From an uncultured Gammaproteobacteria bacterium (GTDB lineage: Bacteria; Pseudomonadota; Gammaproteobacteria; Arenicellales; JAANXG01), in the NCBI GenBank assembly GCA_947259705.1, contig CAMYNL010000014.1, positions 36,875 through 100,874 on the forward strand: DNA of 64,000 nucleotides, in the 5' to 3' direction. Shown here one piece after another: positions 62,329-64,000 of the stretch. How positions within the stretch are numbered: position 1 is the stretch's first letter; every line of letters begins with the position of its first letter. The notes below the pieces were generated by a model, which did not search any database, had not been told where the DNA came from, and was given only the letters and a program-made list of their open reading frames with translations. Made by a program: the position numbers and the translations under genes.

Positions 62329-62713
62329 TGTTCCCGGTCAGGGCCTCGCGGTCGCGGCGGAGTCCCTTTACGTGGTTAACCTGCTGCTGCTGCCGGGGGC
62401 AGCGTTTCTGGCGTTGTGGTGGTTGCATCACCGGCACGCGGACTCGGCCCCGCCGCTGGCGGCCAACCACTTGCGGCAGACGTTTCGCGCCTGCCTGTGG
62501 GCCGGGGTTCTGCTGGTCGTCGCCAACTTGCTGATCATTGCCCTTGGCGGCTACCGCACGCCCGCTACCTGGGTGGTGGTGGTGCTCTACTTCACCTGTT
62601 GTCACAGCGCGCTGGTGCTGTTCGGGGTCCTGGGCCTGGCCCGGGCCATGGCCGGCAAGTTGTACCGCTTCCCGCTGGTAGGCGCGCCCCTGCTGCCAGA
62701 GACAGGATCGTGA
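62297..62713 (+). CDS. Small 3-TM membrane protein of unknown function
   Basis: LAVAAESLYVVNLLLLPG...YRFPLVG hydrophobic ORF between norQ and the ferredoxin gene; start uncertain. Confidence 0.75.
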   Translation: MPPIPTQTTADVPGQGLAVAAESLYVVNLLLLPGAAFLALWWLHHRHADSAPPLAANHLRQTFRACLWAGVLLVVANLLIIALGGYRTPATWVVVVLYFTCCHSALVLFGVLGLARAMAGKLYRFPLVGAPLLPETGS

Positions 62714-63642
62714 TGCCGCGGCAACGTCTGCGCCTGTGGACGCGCGGTGCATTCTTCGCGCTGTTTGTCCTGGCGCCCCCACTGGACCTGCTGCGACTGG
62801 ACCTGACGCTGGGGCACTTCATCCTGTTCGGGCACCCCTGGACACTGGGCCTGGACCCGTTTCTCGTCGGTGCCGCCAGCCCGCTCGCGGCAGCGTGGAA
62901 CCTCGTGATCCGTGGATTCCTGCCGATTGCGCTGGTGGCGGGCGTACTGGCTTGGGCGGCATGGCGTTACGGCCGCGTCTACTGCGGTTGGCTGTGCCCG
63001 CATTTCTCGGTGGTGGAGTCCATCAACGGCTTGATGCGCAGGGCGGTGGGGCGCCTCAGCCTGTGGGACCGTGAACCTGCCGCCCCGTTGCGACCCGATG
63101 GCAGCCCCTACCCACGCCGGGGGGTCTACCGGTGGCTCACCGCCCTGGCAGTGCTGGGCTTTGCGCTGTTGTGGTCGGTCACCCTGCTGACCTACCTGCT
63201 GCCGCCGGCGGAGGTGTACCGCAACCTGGTCACGCTGTCGCCGACCCGCAACCAGGCATTGTTCCTGTCGGTGGCGACGGTGTTGTTCTGCCTGGAGTTC
63301 CTGCTGGCGAGGCACCTGTTCTGCCGCTACGGCTGCGCCGTGGGTCTGTTCCAGAGTTTCGTCTGGATCGCGAACCCGGATGCGCGTGCGGTCACGCTGG
63401 ATCGGAACCGCGCCCACCAGTGCGTGGATTGCTTCGCGGCCTGCGACGACGTGTGCCCGATGCGCCTGAAGCCACGCGTCATCAAGCGTCGCATGTTCGC
63501 ATGCACCCAGTGCGCCCAGTGCCTGGATGCCTGCCAGCAGGTCCAGGCCGGGCGCCACCGGCCGCCGCCATTGGAGTGGGTGGAGGGCGACACCGCTCGC
63601 ACCGCCGACAAGCCAGCGCGATTGTTTGCCGGGGAGAGGTGA
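62713..63642 (+). CDS. Membrane polyferredoxin (CcoG/NapH/RdxA-like)
   Basis: CGWLCP, CRYGCA, CVDCFAACDDVCP and CTQCAQCLDAC; 4-5 TM segments. Confidence 0.88.
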   Translation: MPRQRLRLWTRGAFFALFVLAPPLDLLRLDLTLGHFILFGHPWTLGLDPFLVGAASPLAAAWNLVIRGFLPIALVAGVLAWAAWRYGRVYCGWLCPHFSVVESINGLMRRAVGRLSLWDREPAAPLRPDGSPYPRRGVYRWLTALAVLGFALLWSVTLLTYLLPPAEVYRNLVTLSPTRNQALFLSVATVLFCLEFLLARHLFCRYGCAVGLFQSFVWIANPDARAVTLDRNRAHQCVDCFAACDDVCPMRLKPRVIKRRMFACTQCAQCLDACQQVQAGRHRPPPLEWVEGDTARTADKPARLFAGER

Positions 63643-63646
63643 GTTC

Positions 63647-64000
63647 ATGGAAGAGGTGGTAGGCCGACTCTGGGACCGTCTCATTACCGGTATCGCGTGC
63701 AGCCACTATCCGCAGGCAATGGTGTCATTGGAAGACATTCGCCGCGACGCCGGGCTGCTGTTTCGTGCCTTCGGCGGCGATGCCGGTTTCAACCTGGAAC
63801 CGTCGTTTCCGACCCCGAACCCGGCGCGCCGCGGGCTGCTGCAGCGGGTCGCCGGCATCGAGCGGCACGTTGAGTTGGCCTGGTGCGACGACCGCGCGCT
63901 GCGCCTGCCGCGCAGCCTGGCATTGTTCCCCGATGCCGATCTCAACCGCGATCTCTACCTGTGGCTGGCGGCGCTGGCGGCGGTTGGCAGCGGCCGCAGC
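63647..64000 (+). CDS. norD: Nitric oxide reductase activation protein NorD, 5' part
   Basis: MEEVVGRLWDRLIT, LLFRAFGGD, LLQRVAG and LFPDADLNRDLYLWLAA; runs off the window end. Confidence 0.88.
   Translation, partial: MEEVVGRLWDRLITGIACSHYPQAMVSLEDIRRDAGLLFRAFGGDAGFNLEPSFPTPNPARRGLLQRVAGIERHVELAWCDDRALRLPRSLALFPDADLNRDLYLWLAALAAVGSGRS

Overview
High-GC gammaproteobacterial chromosome segment (inferred), probably from a facultative denitrifier. Core genes come first: hisH(partial)AFIE, tatABC, a YyaL-like thioredoxin protein, rep, petABC-sspAB, hslVU-hsp20 (two sigma32 promoters) and argB. Next is an O2-independent ubiquinone cluster (ubiU-ubiV-ubiD facing ubiT). A mixed accessory stretch follows: a secreted 9-aa-repeat Met/Pro/Tyr protein, a pentapeptide protein, an LpxD paralog, an MFS transporter, an orphan EncFtn, a DapA-like enzyme, OpgC, an AapJ-like binding protein, a GtrB-like GT2, CopA, a rhodanese, a CBS protein, an orphan HicA-like gene and a cytochrome c. 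From about 39.7 to 53.4 kb lies an AT-richer glycosylation island with two GT-C-like proteins and a broken GMC oxidoreductase. The window ends with a divergent Ser/Thr kinase and probable pseudokinase pair, nnrS, and a norCBQ-orf-polyferredoxin-norD cluster. Six TTGA(C/T)-N4-GTCAA FNR/DNR-type boxes link several of these loci. Three pseudogenes not reported as intact ORFs in the track were reconstructed by hand (PEBP/YbhB, GMC, MDR). No rRNA, tRNA, CRISPR array or transposase/integrase was recognised. Family calls come from motif recognition only; no searches were run.
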